34,066 nt of DNA from a virus (Duplodnaviria > Caudoviricetes): IMG/VR virus record IMGVR_UViG_3300049913_000045, positions 1 through 34,066 of that record; one strand, 5' to 3'. How positions within the stretch are numbered: position 1 is the first letter of the stretch; each line of letters opens with the position of its first letter. Below are positions 1 to 7,126 of this stretch, piece after piece. The notes under the pieces were generated by a model. The model saw only the letters and a list, made by a program, of their open reading frames with translations. It searched no databases and was not told where the DNA came from. Both the position numbers and the translations under genes were made by a program.

Positions 1-2
1 AA

Positions 3-884
3 CGCACAGCATGGGGGCTCTCACTCATGAGCGATATCCACGCCGGTGCGTTGGTTGATCCGACCGCGAGTGTTTGCTTCAATAAATACGATCCCGACAT
101 TTGCCGAAAGAGCCTTGACCGGTACTTCGAGTCAGTACCCTGGTTGATCAAAGACGAGCCGTCATTCGACATCGTGGGCCATTGCCTCTGGCTCGGCGGC
201 GACCTGATAGACGGTCAGCTGCACGACGATCAAACAGAGACATCCGAGGCGCCGTTGGTTACAATCGACTGGCTCGAGCCTTTCCTCACGGGGCGGCTGG
301 AGTTTTTGGCATCCGAGCTGGGCCCCGATCGAGAGTTGCGCATCGTGTGCAGTTACGGAAATCACGGTAGAGACACCGTCAAGCCGAGAAACGAGACGGG
401 AGCAGAGCACAGTCACGAATGGGCGCTGTACCAACGACTAGCGCGGCACTTCTCCGACCACAAGACGATTCGCGTACACTCCGACAAAGCGAGAGACCAG
501 TACACCAAGCTGTTCGATTTCACAATCCACGGCACCCACGGTGATACTGTACGATCCAACGGCGGCATTGGCGGCATCACCATTCCTCTGCGCAAATCCT
601 ATGCAACATGGCAGCAAATCCGCCCGAGTTACTTGCACTTGACCGGGCACTTCCATACGCAACTTGACCTTGGAGACGGACTGTCGAACGGCTCTGGCGT
701 GGGGTACTCCGCTTTCGCTAGGAAAATCAACGCTCGCCCCGAAGCCCCGCAGCAGATTTTTTGCCTGATCGATAGCAAGCGCGGCAAGACCAAAGTGAGT
801 CCAATTTGGATGCGCGATCTGGACGATCAAGAGCGCCAAGCCCTTGCAGCGCGCGCACAGGCATGGGATGAGGCAATTGCATGA
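3..884 (+). CDS. Calcineurin-like metallophosphoesterase (5'-truncated)
   Basis: Motifs SDIH, GGDLIDG, YGNHGR, HGTHGD, GHFH. The frame is open to the window edge (RTAWGLSLMSDIH), so the true start is probably upstream of ATG 27. Confidence 0.85.
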   Translation, partial: RTAWGLSLMSDIHAGALVDPTASVCFNKYDPDICRKSLDRYFESVPWLIKDEPSFDIVGHCLWLGGDLIDGQLHDDQTETSEAPLVTIDWLEPFLTGRLEFLASELGPDRELRIVCSYGNHGRDTVKPRNETGAEHSHEWALYQRLARHFSDHKTIRVHSDKARDQYTKLFDFTIHGTHGDTVRSNGGIGGITIPLRKSYATWQQIRPSYLHLTGHFHTQLDLGDGLSNGSGVGYSAFARKINARPEAPQQIFCLIDSKRGKTKVSPIWMRDLDDQERQALAARAQAWDEAIA

Positions 885-1170
885 TGCCTCAGCCCAAAAC
901 CAGCCGGCTGCCCCCTCACACGCGGTGCTGCGGGTGATCGCTTGCTTTGCTGCAGGTCTTGTGCTCGCGTTACTAAGCGCGTGGTGGGTCGTAGCGTGTC
1001 AATCTCGGCAACCACTGCGAGCGGCTTTGGCCGAAGGCCTTTGGGCTTTGGCGGTTGTTGCCGGCGTTGGCAGGTCGCTGCACGACCGCGGAGCTGCTTG
1101 TTACTTTGCAGCCGGCGCGGCGGTCGGAACGTGGATTGTGATACGTTTCTCAGCCCGGCCGCAAAAGTAG
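868..1170 (+). CDS. Small multi-pass membrane protein
   Basis: Three hydrophobic segments; overlaps upstream stop; start could be ATG 868 or TTG 877. Confidence 0.6.
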   Translation: MRQLHDASAQNQPAAPSHAVLRVIACFAAGLVLALLSAWWVVACQSRQPLRAALAEGLWALAVVAGVGRSLHDRGAACYFAAGAAVGTWIVIRFSARPQK

Positions 1171-1171
1171 C

Positions 1172-1200
1172 TTGCCTGGTAGATGGGCGCGGTGCATGGT
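1172..1200 (+). promoter_or_regulatory. Sigma70-like promoter TTGCCT-17-CATGGT
   Basis: 17-bp spacer; ATG 1206 lies 5 nt after the -10 and has no Shine-Dalgarno. Confidence 0.45.
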
Positions 1201-1205
1201 AAACA

Positions 1206-1580
1206 ATGTCCAGCAAACCACACGATCTGCAGCAATACCTATCCGAAGTAGCTGCGCGGCTCGAACGCTTCCCTGCGAGCAGGGTAACGATAGGCTGGGT
1301 TGCCCCGAAAGCTATTGCCAGAGGTTGCTACAACAGTTGGGCAATGTTGGCTTGGCCAACCGAAAATCATGATTATGTGATTGCCATTTCGATCGAACTG
1401 CTACACGCGCCAAAGTATGTGCTGCGCTCGCTCGTGCTGCATGAGTGTCTGCACATTGTGCTGCCGCCACGCGGAAAATGTCAGCACCATTATGCGTTCC
1501 GACAGGCGGAGCGCTCGAATCAGGATTTTAAGCGCGCTTGGCGCTGGCTACAAGCAGCAGCAGCCGCACCCACCCAGTAA
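1206..1580 (+). CDS. Zincin-like HExxH metalloprotease (SprT/M48-like)
   Basis: PKYVLRSLVLHECLH followed by HHYAF third-ligand pattern. Confidence 0.75.
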   Translation: MSSKPHDLQQYLSEVAARLERFPASRVTIGWVAPKAIARGCYNSWAMLAWPTENHDYVIAISIELLHAPKYVLRSLVLHECLHIVLPPRGKCQHHYAFRQAERSNQDFKRAWRWLQAAAAAPTQ

Positions 1581-2031
1581 TTGTGCTACCTGGGTGCGCG
1601 GCAACCGCGCGTTCCAGACACGCGCGCACAGGAACCCGCAAAGACACGCACACGCGGTGTGGCAATGGGCCCTGCACCTCTCGCCATGGAGGCAGCCCCC
1701 GCGCACATGCCAGGGCGACTGCCAAAGCAGCGCGAGTCGGCGCTGGTGCCGGCAGATGCACGACCAGCCGCCGCGGGCACTTTGTTGATCCGGGTGGAAC
1801 CGCTATACAAGCGACGTCCTGTATGACGATTCCAGTAGCCGCCGCTCCGAGTAAGAATTTGTATCGGCCCCCTCTGGTACCTGGTGCTAACGGCAGCTGC
1901 CTAGTTGCCGACAGCGGCACTAATGACACGAAAGCAAGCCGCCAACCCTGCTTGCACAAGGCCTCTCCGACCAATGCCAGCCAACCCGGCAGGGTTGTTT
2001 CTACGTCGGAACAAGGTATTGTTACCGACAT
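1528..2031 (-). CDS. Hypothetical protein with possible C-terminal ribbon-helix-helix
   Basis: ATG 2031 overlaps the end of the upstream Cys gene; C-terminus RVCVSL-RVPVRACLERAVAA-HPGST-ITGWVRLLL fits a strand-helix-turn-helix pattern. Confidence 0.5.
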   Translation of the reverse strand: MSVTIPCSDVETTLPGWLALVGEALCKQGWRLAFVSLVPLSATRQLPLAPGTRGGRYKFLLGAAATGIVIQDVACIAVPPGSTKCPRRLVVHLPAPAPTRAALAVALACARGLPPWREVQGPLPHRVCVSLRVPVRACLERAVAAHPGSTITGWVRLLLLVASAKRA

Positions 2032-2438
2032 TGAAGCCGCTCCCACTGCGCAGCGGTCAGCTGGACTCCCCAAGCAACGTATCTGAGATTCAGGCCCTTT
2101 TTAATTCCAGTACAGTCAGTGCACTTGGTGCAGTAGGTGCAGAAGGTGCAGAAGGTGCAGCTGGTGCAGTCATCGCAGGCAGTGCACTTGGTGCAGTAGT
2201 TGCAGCTGGTGCACCTGGTGCAGTCAGTGCCGTCGTGGCAGCCGGTGCAGAAGGTGCAGCTGGTGCAGCTGGTACAGCTGGTGCAGTCATCGCAGGCAGT
2301 GCACCTGGTGCACCTGGTGCACCTGGTGCAGCCTGTGCAGCCTGTGCAGCCTGTGCAGCGGGTGCCGTTGGCGCAGTCAAAAGGTGGAAGTAGTGCACGC
2401 TGCTCGGAAGATAGAGATAGTAATTCTTCTGGTGTCAT
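2022..2438 (-). CDS. Cys-x-x repeat protein A (138 aa)
   Basis: SD-like AAGGA upstream; [11 protein letters not shown]-terminus and [17 protein letters not shown]-terminus shared with paralog at 2711-3049. Confidence 0.8.
   Translation of the reverse strand: MTPEELLSLSSEQRALLPPFDCANGTRCTGCTGCTGCTRCTRCTRCTACDDCTSCTSCTSCTFCTGCHDGTDCTRCTSCNYCTKCTACDDCTSCTFCTFCTYCTKCTDCTGIKKGLNLRYVAWGVQLTAAQWERLQCR
2106..2375 (-). repeat. 30 x 9-bp degenerate tandem repeat (TGC-ACN-NNN), C-x-x
   Basis: Direct count of triplets from CAN to CTG. Confidence 0.9.
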
Positions 2439-2440
2439 TT

Positions 2441-2668
2441 CTAAAGTGTCCTTTCTACGCGGTCTTGACGCATCTGAGTGATACGCCGTCCTGACTCGTC
2501 TGTTAGATACAATACGGCTCCTCGATCCAAAGCGGCTACGGCCGCATCGCAGCGGCGAGAAAAGTCGGAACCGTCCAAGATGAGGCATTTTCCCCGCTGA
2601 TCACGCGTCAAGAGCGTTCCCGCCGCCCATGCGATAAACAGCCGGCGGTTTAATTCGTATTTAGGCAT
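2441..2668 (-). CDS. Hypothetical protein
   Basis: AAGGAATT-ATG; fills the gap between the two Cys paralogs. Confidence 0.65.
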   Translation of the reverse strand: MPKYELNRRLFIAWAAGTLLTRDQRGKCLILDGSDFSRRCDAAVAALDRGAVLYLTDESGRRITQMRQDRVERTL

Positions 2669-2710
2669 AATTCCTTGATGTCCAAAACGTGTTGATAAAA
2701 GTGTCAGTGG

Positions 2711-3049
2711 CTAGCTCGAGCCAGCCGGACACGCAAGCCGCTCCCACTGCGCAGCGGTCAGCTGAACTCCCCAAGCAACGTACTGCAGATTTTTTCCGTT
2801 CCGGATCCCGATGCACTCGGTGCAGTTGATGCACCTGGTGCAGTCGGTGCAGCCGTTGCAGAAGTCGCAGTCTGTGGAATAGTCGCAGTCGGTGCAAAAG
2901 TCGCAGTCGGTGCAGTCGGCGCAGTCGGTGCAGCCGTTGCAGCCGGGGCATAAGTCGCAACCGGTGCAGTCGGCGCAGAAGTCGCATTCGGAAATGGGAA
3001 GCTCTGCGCGTTGCTCGTAAGATAGAGATAGTAATTCTTCTGGTGTCAT
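2711..3049 (-). CDS. Cys-x-x repeat protein B (112 aa)
   Basis: GAAAGGAACCAC-ATG; paralog of 2022-2438; also in frame with upstream ATG 3349. Confidence 0.8.
   Translation of the reverse strand: MTPEELLSLSYEQRAELPISECDFCADCTGCDLCPGCNGCTDCADCTDCDFCTDCDYSTDCDFCNGCTDCTRCINCTECIGIRNGKNLQYVAWGVQLTAAQWERLACPAGSS
2807..2986 (-). repeat. 20 x 9-bp degenerate tandem repeat, C-x-x
   Basis: Direct count of triplets from CDF to CIG. Confidence 0.9.
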
Positions 3050-3349
3050 GTGGTTCCTTTCTACGCGGGCCGGTTCTAACAACTCAACCCCGGCCACTTG
3101 CGTGGTGCGAGGTTGGGGGTCGCCAGATTTCACGGCGCCTGTAGCTGCTGGCGATGAATCGAAGCTCTCAATTAGGAAAAATAACCGCGACAGTCGGGAT
3201 GCTAGAATAGTTCCCTGGAGTTCACCCTGTTTCACGCGCTTCCACGCATCGCGCGCGTTAGTGCGCAAAGTCGAATTCTGCGCAAGCTTTTCGGCTTCGG
3301 CCTCAAGTGTATCGCGGAAAACGTCTACGACTAGTTGTAGTGGGGTCAT
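3050..3349 (-). CDS. Hypothetical N-terminal segment reading in frame through hairpin copy 1 into Cys protein B
   Basis: AAGG-N-ATG 3349 downstream of a promoter; no stop before 2711. Confidence 0.5.
3076..3151. repeat. Conserved hairpin element copy 1
   Basis: Core CCCCGGCCACTTGCGTGGTGCG at 3088-3109; 35 bp identical to 4118-4152, similarity continues to 3151. Confidence 0.92.
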
Positions 3350-3387
3350 AGGGAACCTTGAAAAGATTGTGTCTGAGCGGCATATAT

Positions 3388-3419
3388 TTAGTTATGACTG
3401 TCAGTTTGTGCCCAGTCAA
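3388..3419 (-). promoter_or_regulatory. Leftward promoter TTGACT-17-CATAAC(TAA)
   Basis: Shares CTTGAC and GTCATAACTAA at the same spacing with the promoter at 4316-4347. Confidence 0.65.
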
Positions 3420-4095
3420 GCGCTATTTCACATCCGATTGGCATTTCGGAGTAGTACAATCCGCCGCGACAAAAGCGGCGGAGCACTTCCCAACGAATCG
3501 ACCGGGAGTTCAGTCCTTGGTCGACTGAATGCGCCCGGTTGCAACGCTCTACGACCTCGACATAATAGGTCGAGGCTAGCGATGCCGCGAGACGTCTTTG
3601 GTCCAGCATCTGATTACGCAGCCGAACTGATCGTCGCCGTGCTCGTCCACCACTCCGACCCGAGGCTGTTACTCGTACTGTGCGCTCCAATTCGACCGCA
3701 GCGGCGATGGCGGCACGTAGACGGGACTCAATAGCCAGCTTACGTGCTGCGTGTAACTCCGCGTACTCACGCTGGAGGCGCCGATTGGAGAGCAGTCGAG
3801 TCAGATACACCCGACGTTGAATACGCCACCGCTCGAGATCTGCAATGTACGTCGTAGCGAGGTCGCCCCCTGGATAGTACGACTCTTCGACTCTCGCGAT
3901 ACCACCGGCCGGGAGCGTCACGAGAGTCGAATACCACGCAAGAAACCCGTTGCGTTTCGATTCGCGTGATAGCCCGCGCTGCGCGCCGCCGGACAATGTG
4001 AGGTGAACGGAGCCGAATCCCGAGCCGAAATACGAACAGCAGCGGCAACAGAGCGCCAATGTACAGCCCGGCCGAACGTGTAATGTGATTGCCAT
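3388..4095 (-). CDS. Hypothetical Arg-rich protein (235 aa)
   Basis: AGGAG-TACACAGATC-ATG at 4095; long open frame. Confidence 0.6.
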   Translation of the reverse strand: MAITLHVRPGCTLALCCRCCSYFGSGFGSVHLTLSGGAQRGLSRESKRNGFLAWYSTLVTLPAGGIARVEESYYPGGDLATTYIADLERWRIQRRVYLTRLLSNRRLQREYAELHAARKLAIESRLRAAIAAAVELERTVRVTASGRSGGRARRRSVRLRNQMLDQRRLAASLASTYYVEVVERCNRAHSVDQGLNSRSIRWEVLRRFCRGGLYYSEMPIGCEIALDWAQTDSHN

Positions 4096-4184
4096 GATCT
4101 GTGTACTCCTGACACCCCAACCCCGGCCACTTGCGTGGTGCGAGGTTGGGGGCCGACCGATTCCGCGTCGTCCGTAGCTGCTGG
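4086..4184. repeat. Conserved hairpin element copy 2 with RBS/start arm
   Basis: Core at 4121-4142; left arm 4086-4125 is a 36/40 inverted repeat of 6430-6469. Confidence 0.92.
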
Positions 4185-4315
4185 ATTCGCCCAACCTGCC
4201 TCGCTAGCTGCACTGTCGTGCCTGCCCGACCTTCCTGGATTCGCCCCGGTTGCTCGGCTAGGTGATTTGTTACTCGCATCCAAGCGAGGTCTCTTCTACT
4301 GGCGACGACCAGGTA

Positions 4316-4347
4316 TTAGTTATGACCGAGCCGGGAGGAACTGTCAA
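4316..4347 (-). promoter_or_regulatory. Leftward promoter TTGACA-17-CATAAC(TAA)
   Basis: Consensus -35, 17-bp spacer, paralogous to 3388-3419. Confidence 0.7.
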
Positions 4348-4526
4348 GGAGAAGTTATGCTCTCGTGTTGATTATTGTTGCCGTGCGGTCGCGCAGGGGC
4401 GATTTCCCCCTGTCAGGCGGTCGCGCGGTGCCGATTTCGAAGCGCAGACGATCAACCCATATCCGGCCCGCAGACCGCATGGCGACATGGCCATATTGCC
4501 ATATTCGGCCTCGGAGTTGGAAGAAA

Positions 4527-4680
4527 CGTTATGCCGGCGTAACCGCCGATAACGCAAGGAGAATCCCGTAGGAATACCTATATATTAACAAACAAACTTG
4601 GTACCAGTAATGTATAGTCAAATAAATGATAGTTGAATATACATTTCAGGGATAGGTTTAAAGCGAATACAACTCTCCCC
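4527..4680. other. Hairpin plus AT-rich island at the strand switch
   Basis: CGTTAT-gc-CGGCG-taac-CGCCG-ATAACG at 4527-4554, then about 100 bp of very AT-rich non-coding DNA. Confidence 0.6.
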
Positions 4681-4694
4681 CGTAGGTTGCGACC

Positions 4695-4723
4695 TTGACG
4701 TATTGGCTTGCTTGTGCTAGGGT
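4695..4723 (+). promoter_or_regulatory. Promoter TTGACG-17-(TGc)TAGGGT
   Basis: Extended -10 TG; ATG 4729 lies 5 nt downstream; motif matches 19518-19546. Confidence 0.6.
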
Positions 4724-4728
4724 TTGGC

Positions 4729-4911
4729 ATGCTCTATGATCTATTGAAGCTGCTACAGGTGCCGAGTTTCAATGCGGCTAGCTCGCTGCCTATATTTCAG
4801 CGTTACTTGAAACGCGAGCGCGAGCGCAAGCAGGTAAGGCCGGAAGCGATCGCCAACCTCGAAGCAGCGATCGACATACTGCAGACGCGCGCACAGGTGC
4901 CGCTTGTCTGA
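4729..4911 (+). CDS. Small hypothetical protein
   Basis: Directly after promoter; overlaps next ORF. Confidence 0.5.
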   Translation: MLYDLLKLLQVPSFNAASSLPIFQRYLKRERERKQVRPEAIANLEAAIDILQTRAQVPLV

Positions 4912-6031
4912 TTGGGCGGCGCAATGGGTGCCACAGGTTCCTCTACTGTCGAAGCGTGAGTGGATAGCTGACAGAGACGCACAGTGGATAGCACTTGGTC
5001 CTGATGCACGTGCCGACATACGTGCAGGGCGCATGCCTGACTATCCAGATCGTCCACATGTGGGCAGGGCTTATACTGCATGGTGTCAGGCTTGCAATGC
5101 GATCGGTCCCCCAGACGGTAGTGCCCGCACACAACGTGCCGACTTGCGTGTAAAACGCAAGCGCATCATTGAAACACTGCCATTACACTTGCGCGACGCT
5201 AAGCCGGAAGCGTTGCACCTTGCCGGGCATCCACAAGCGGCAGAGGGATTGCTGGACGTAGAGTGGCGCTTGTCTCAAGTGCCGGCCGCGCCAGTTGGTC
5301 GTAAGGAAAACGAGCCCTGGCAGGAGTGCATCAATCCAGAACGTCTACGCAGGCGACTGCACCGCTACGAGCAACGCTTGCAAGCCGCTGGCGGGCGCTA
5401 CTCCGCACCAGAAGGCGAGGCGCAGTGGAGCACAATAGAGCAAATGCGCGAGCGCGTACACCTGCTCGAATGGGAAGAGTATGACCAGCGCATGACAACG
5501 TGGACAATGGGCGCAACAGCGCAGGAGCTTGCACGACCTCGACCTCAAGCGAGCCGCACCAAAGCAGAACGCGCATTGCGCGCTGGACAGCGCCCGGGTA
5601 GGCGTCCAGGGAGCACAGCGATCGGGAGCACCAAACCAAAGCGCCCAAGTTGGCTCAAGGAGCAGGACGATCAGCAGTGGCGCGAGCAACGCGAGCAAGC
5701 GAGATGCACCATGCGTACGAAGCCTGTGCCTGAACACGATAGACACGAGCGCGCCATGCGGCGCAAGGAGACAACGCTGCTGCGTCGGCAGGCACGTAAG
5801 GCAGGGCACGCTCGCGCGCGCATCGAGGCGCAGGCCCTGAAAGTCACCGAGTGGATATGGGGCGAGGGGGTTGCCTGGGGCGTGGAGCTGCCGCTCGACG
5901 ATGGGTGGATCTACTGCGATACTGAGCGCATCCCATACGCCCGCCAACGGGCAGCCGCTCTGAAGCTCTGCGCTGTGCCTGTTACGGGAGGCTGGTGCTT
6001 CCCGCCACGCGGCCTATCTGCAGGGGGTTGA
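4904..6031 (+). CDS. Hypothetical Arg-rich protein (375 aa)
   Basis: Long ORF, TTG start overlapping upstream gene; no family recognised. Confidence 0.6.
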   Translation: MSDWAAQWVPQVPLLSKREWIADRDAQWIALGPDARADIRAGRMPDYPDRPHVGRAYTAWCQACNAIGPPDGSARTQRADLRVKRKRIIETLPLHLRDAKPEALHLAGHPQAAEGLLDVEWRLSQVPAAPVGRKENEPWQECINPERLRRRLHRYEQRLQAAGGRYSAPEGEAQWSTIEQMRERVHLLEWEEYDQRMTTWTMGATAQELARPRPQASRTKAERALRAGQRPGRRPGSTAIGSTKPKRPSWLKEQDDQQWREQREQARCTMRTKPVPEHDRHERAMRRKETTLLRRQARKAGHARARIEAQALKVTEWIWGEGVAWGVELPLDDGWIYCDTERIPYARQRAAALKLCAVPVTGGWCFPPRGLSAGG

Positions 6032-6060
6032 CAAAAGCGACAAAGCATAACAAATACAGG

Positions 6061-6089
6061 TTGCGCGCTCCGCCAGCGTGGTGCATAAT
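6061..6089 (+). promoter_or_regulatory. Promoter TTGCGC-17-CATAAT
   Basis: Intergenic, 17-bp spacer, upstream of ATG 6138. Confidence 0.55.
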
Positions 6090-6137
6090 TACTGAGTCGA
6101 AAGCAAACACCCCCGACAGGACAGACGAGCAAATACC

Positions 6138-6335
6138 ATGACTACCTACACCGTAAAATGCCGAAACAACGCAGACGCTCGCAGGCTCGGAGCTGGCCAA
6201 ATCAAGGCCTCGGGCGCAAGCAAGGTTGTTCACACCGGCGGTAAGAATGTGCGCATCGAATCAGTAGCAGCCGATACTACTCGCGTTTGGCTCGATGCCG
6301 CATTTGAGATCGACAGCTACGAGGTAGTGAGATGA
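6138..6335 (+). CDS. Small hypothetical protein
   Basis: ORF after promoter with a globular-looking sequence. Confidence 0.65.
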   Translation: MTTYTVKCRNNADARRLGAGQIKASGASKVVHTGGKNVRIESVAADTTRVWLDAAFEIDSYEVVR

Positions 6336-6390
6336 AAGCGAAGTATGGGCCCAGGACAGCGCGCGTCGTGCGCGCTTGCCAAATCTAGCC

Positions 6391-6469
6391 GTTCCACATA
6401 TCAGTTCAGCCCCGGCCACTTGCGTGGTGCGGAGTTGAGGTGTTAGGAGTACACAGATCATGACAATCA
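6391..6469. repeat. Conserved hairpin element copy 3 with RBS/start arm on the right
   Basis: Core at 6410-6431 in the same orientation as copies 1 and 2. Confidence 0.9.
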
Positions 6470-6795
6470 ATACCAAGACGATCACATGCACACTCATATT
6501 CTCCTGCCTGCTCGCAGGGTGCATTCAGGCGGGTGAGGTGAATTATAGCACAGCAGCCCCCACAACAAGCGCCAGCGCCACAGCAGTACCCACAGCTCCG
6601 CCTGTGCGCCCGCACCGCCCAGCGCTCCTGCCCGACCCATGTTACTGCGGCGGGTTTTTCGAGGAACTACCCTCACCCACAGCCTTAGCTATCGGCACAT
6701 GCGAGGGTTACCCAATGGTCGATGAGTCTGTGCGAGATCGCTGGACAGGCGGATGCAAACCGCTGTTTTGCATCCGCGAAGCGGATGCGCGGTGA
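6460..6795 (+). CDS. Lipoprotein with Cys-rich C-terminus
   Basis: AGGAG RBS; lipobox LLAGC; Thr/Ala/Pro linker; CYC..C..C..C. Confidence 0.7.
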   Translation: MTINTKTITCTLIFSCLLAGCIQAGEVNYSTAAPTTSASATAVPTAPPVRPHRPALLPDPCYCGGFFEELPSPTALAIGTCEGYPMVDESVRDRWTGGCKPLFCIREADAR

Positions 6796-6953
6796 CCCCG
6801 GCCGAAGAACAGGCGGAGCAGGCCGCCAAGGTGAAGCTTGGCGGCGTGCGTCTGCGTGCATGGTGCCGCACGCGACAACAGCCCCTAGCCGTGGCTGAGC
6901 GGCTGGTCCGCAGTGCGCTGAAACAAATTCGTCTCGCACCCCTAAAGGTTTAG
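6792..6953 (+). CDS. Small hypothetical protein
   Basis: GTGA overlap with upstream stop. Confidence 0.5.
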   Translation: MTPAEEQAEQAAKVKLGGVRLRAWCRTRQQPLAVAERLVRSALKQIRLAPLKV

Positions 6954-6963
6954 GGGGTAGTGC
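6936..6963. terminator. Palindromic hairpin CCCCTAAA-GG-TTTAGGGG (terminator or operator)
   Basis: 8-bp perfect inverted repeat spanning a stop codon; no U-tract. Confidence 0.35.
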
Positions 6964-6976
6964 CGTTAGGTAAAAC

Positions 6977-7126
6977 ATGACACAGTTATTTTCTGCGAAA
7001 GCTCTGTTGGATGAATTGGCTCACTTCGGCCTCAGGGTCGCGCAGCAGAACGAGGCCGGATGGTGGTACAGGGCTTGGTGTGGCACCAAAATTTGGGTCT
7101 GCGAGGTGAAGTTATGCCCACGTTGA
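6977..7126 (+). CDS. 49-aa hypothetical protein (absent from the ORF track)
   Basis: AGGT-AAAAC-ATG; MTQLFSAKALLDELAHFGLRVAQQNEAGWWYRAWCGTKIWVCEVKLCPR; overlaps next start. Confidence 0.55.
   Translation: MTQLFSAKALLDELAHFGLRVAQQNEAGWWYRAWCGTKIWVCEVKLCPR

Noticed and set aside
1905-2481. Gly/Ala-rich, Ala/Pro-rich and Val/Gln-rich ORFs over the 9-bp array
   Set aside because: Shadow frames of a stop-free repeat; the Cys frame is supported by paralogous caps and the RBS
2022-3049. DGR template/variable repeat pair between the Cys paralogs
   Set aside because: Differences are not confined to adenines, repeat numbers differ, both copies have an RBS and intact ORF, and no RT is present
6028-6056. 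TTGACA promoter at 6028
   Set aside because: CATAAC is only 12 bp away and the hexamer at 17 bp is poor; 6061-6089 fits better
3085-6431. Hairpin copies as a CRISPR array, tRNA, ribozyme or intrinsic terminator
   Set aside because: Copies are 1-2.3 kb apart, with no cloverleaf, no hammerhead or HDV core that I could fit, and no U-tract. A solitary CRISPR-repeat mimic cannot be excluded without host repeats
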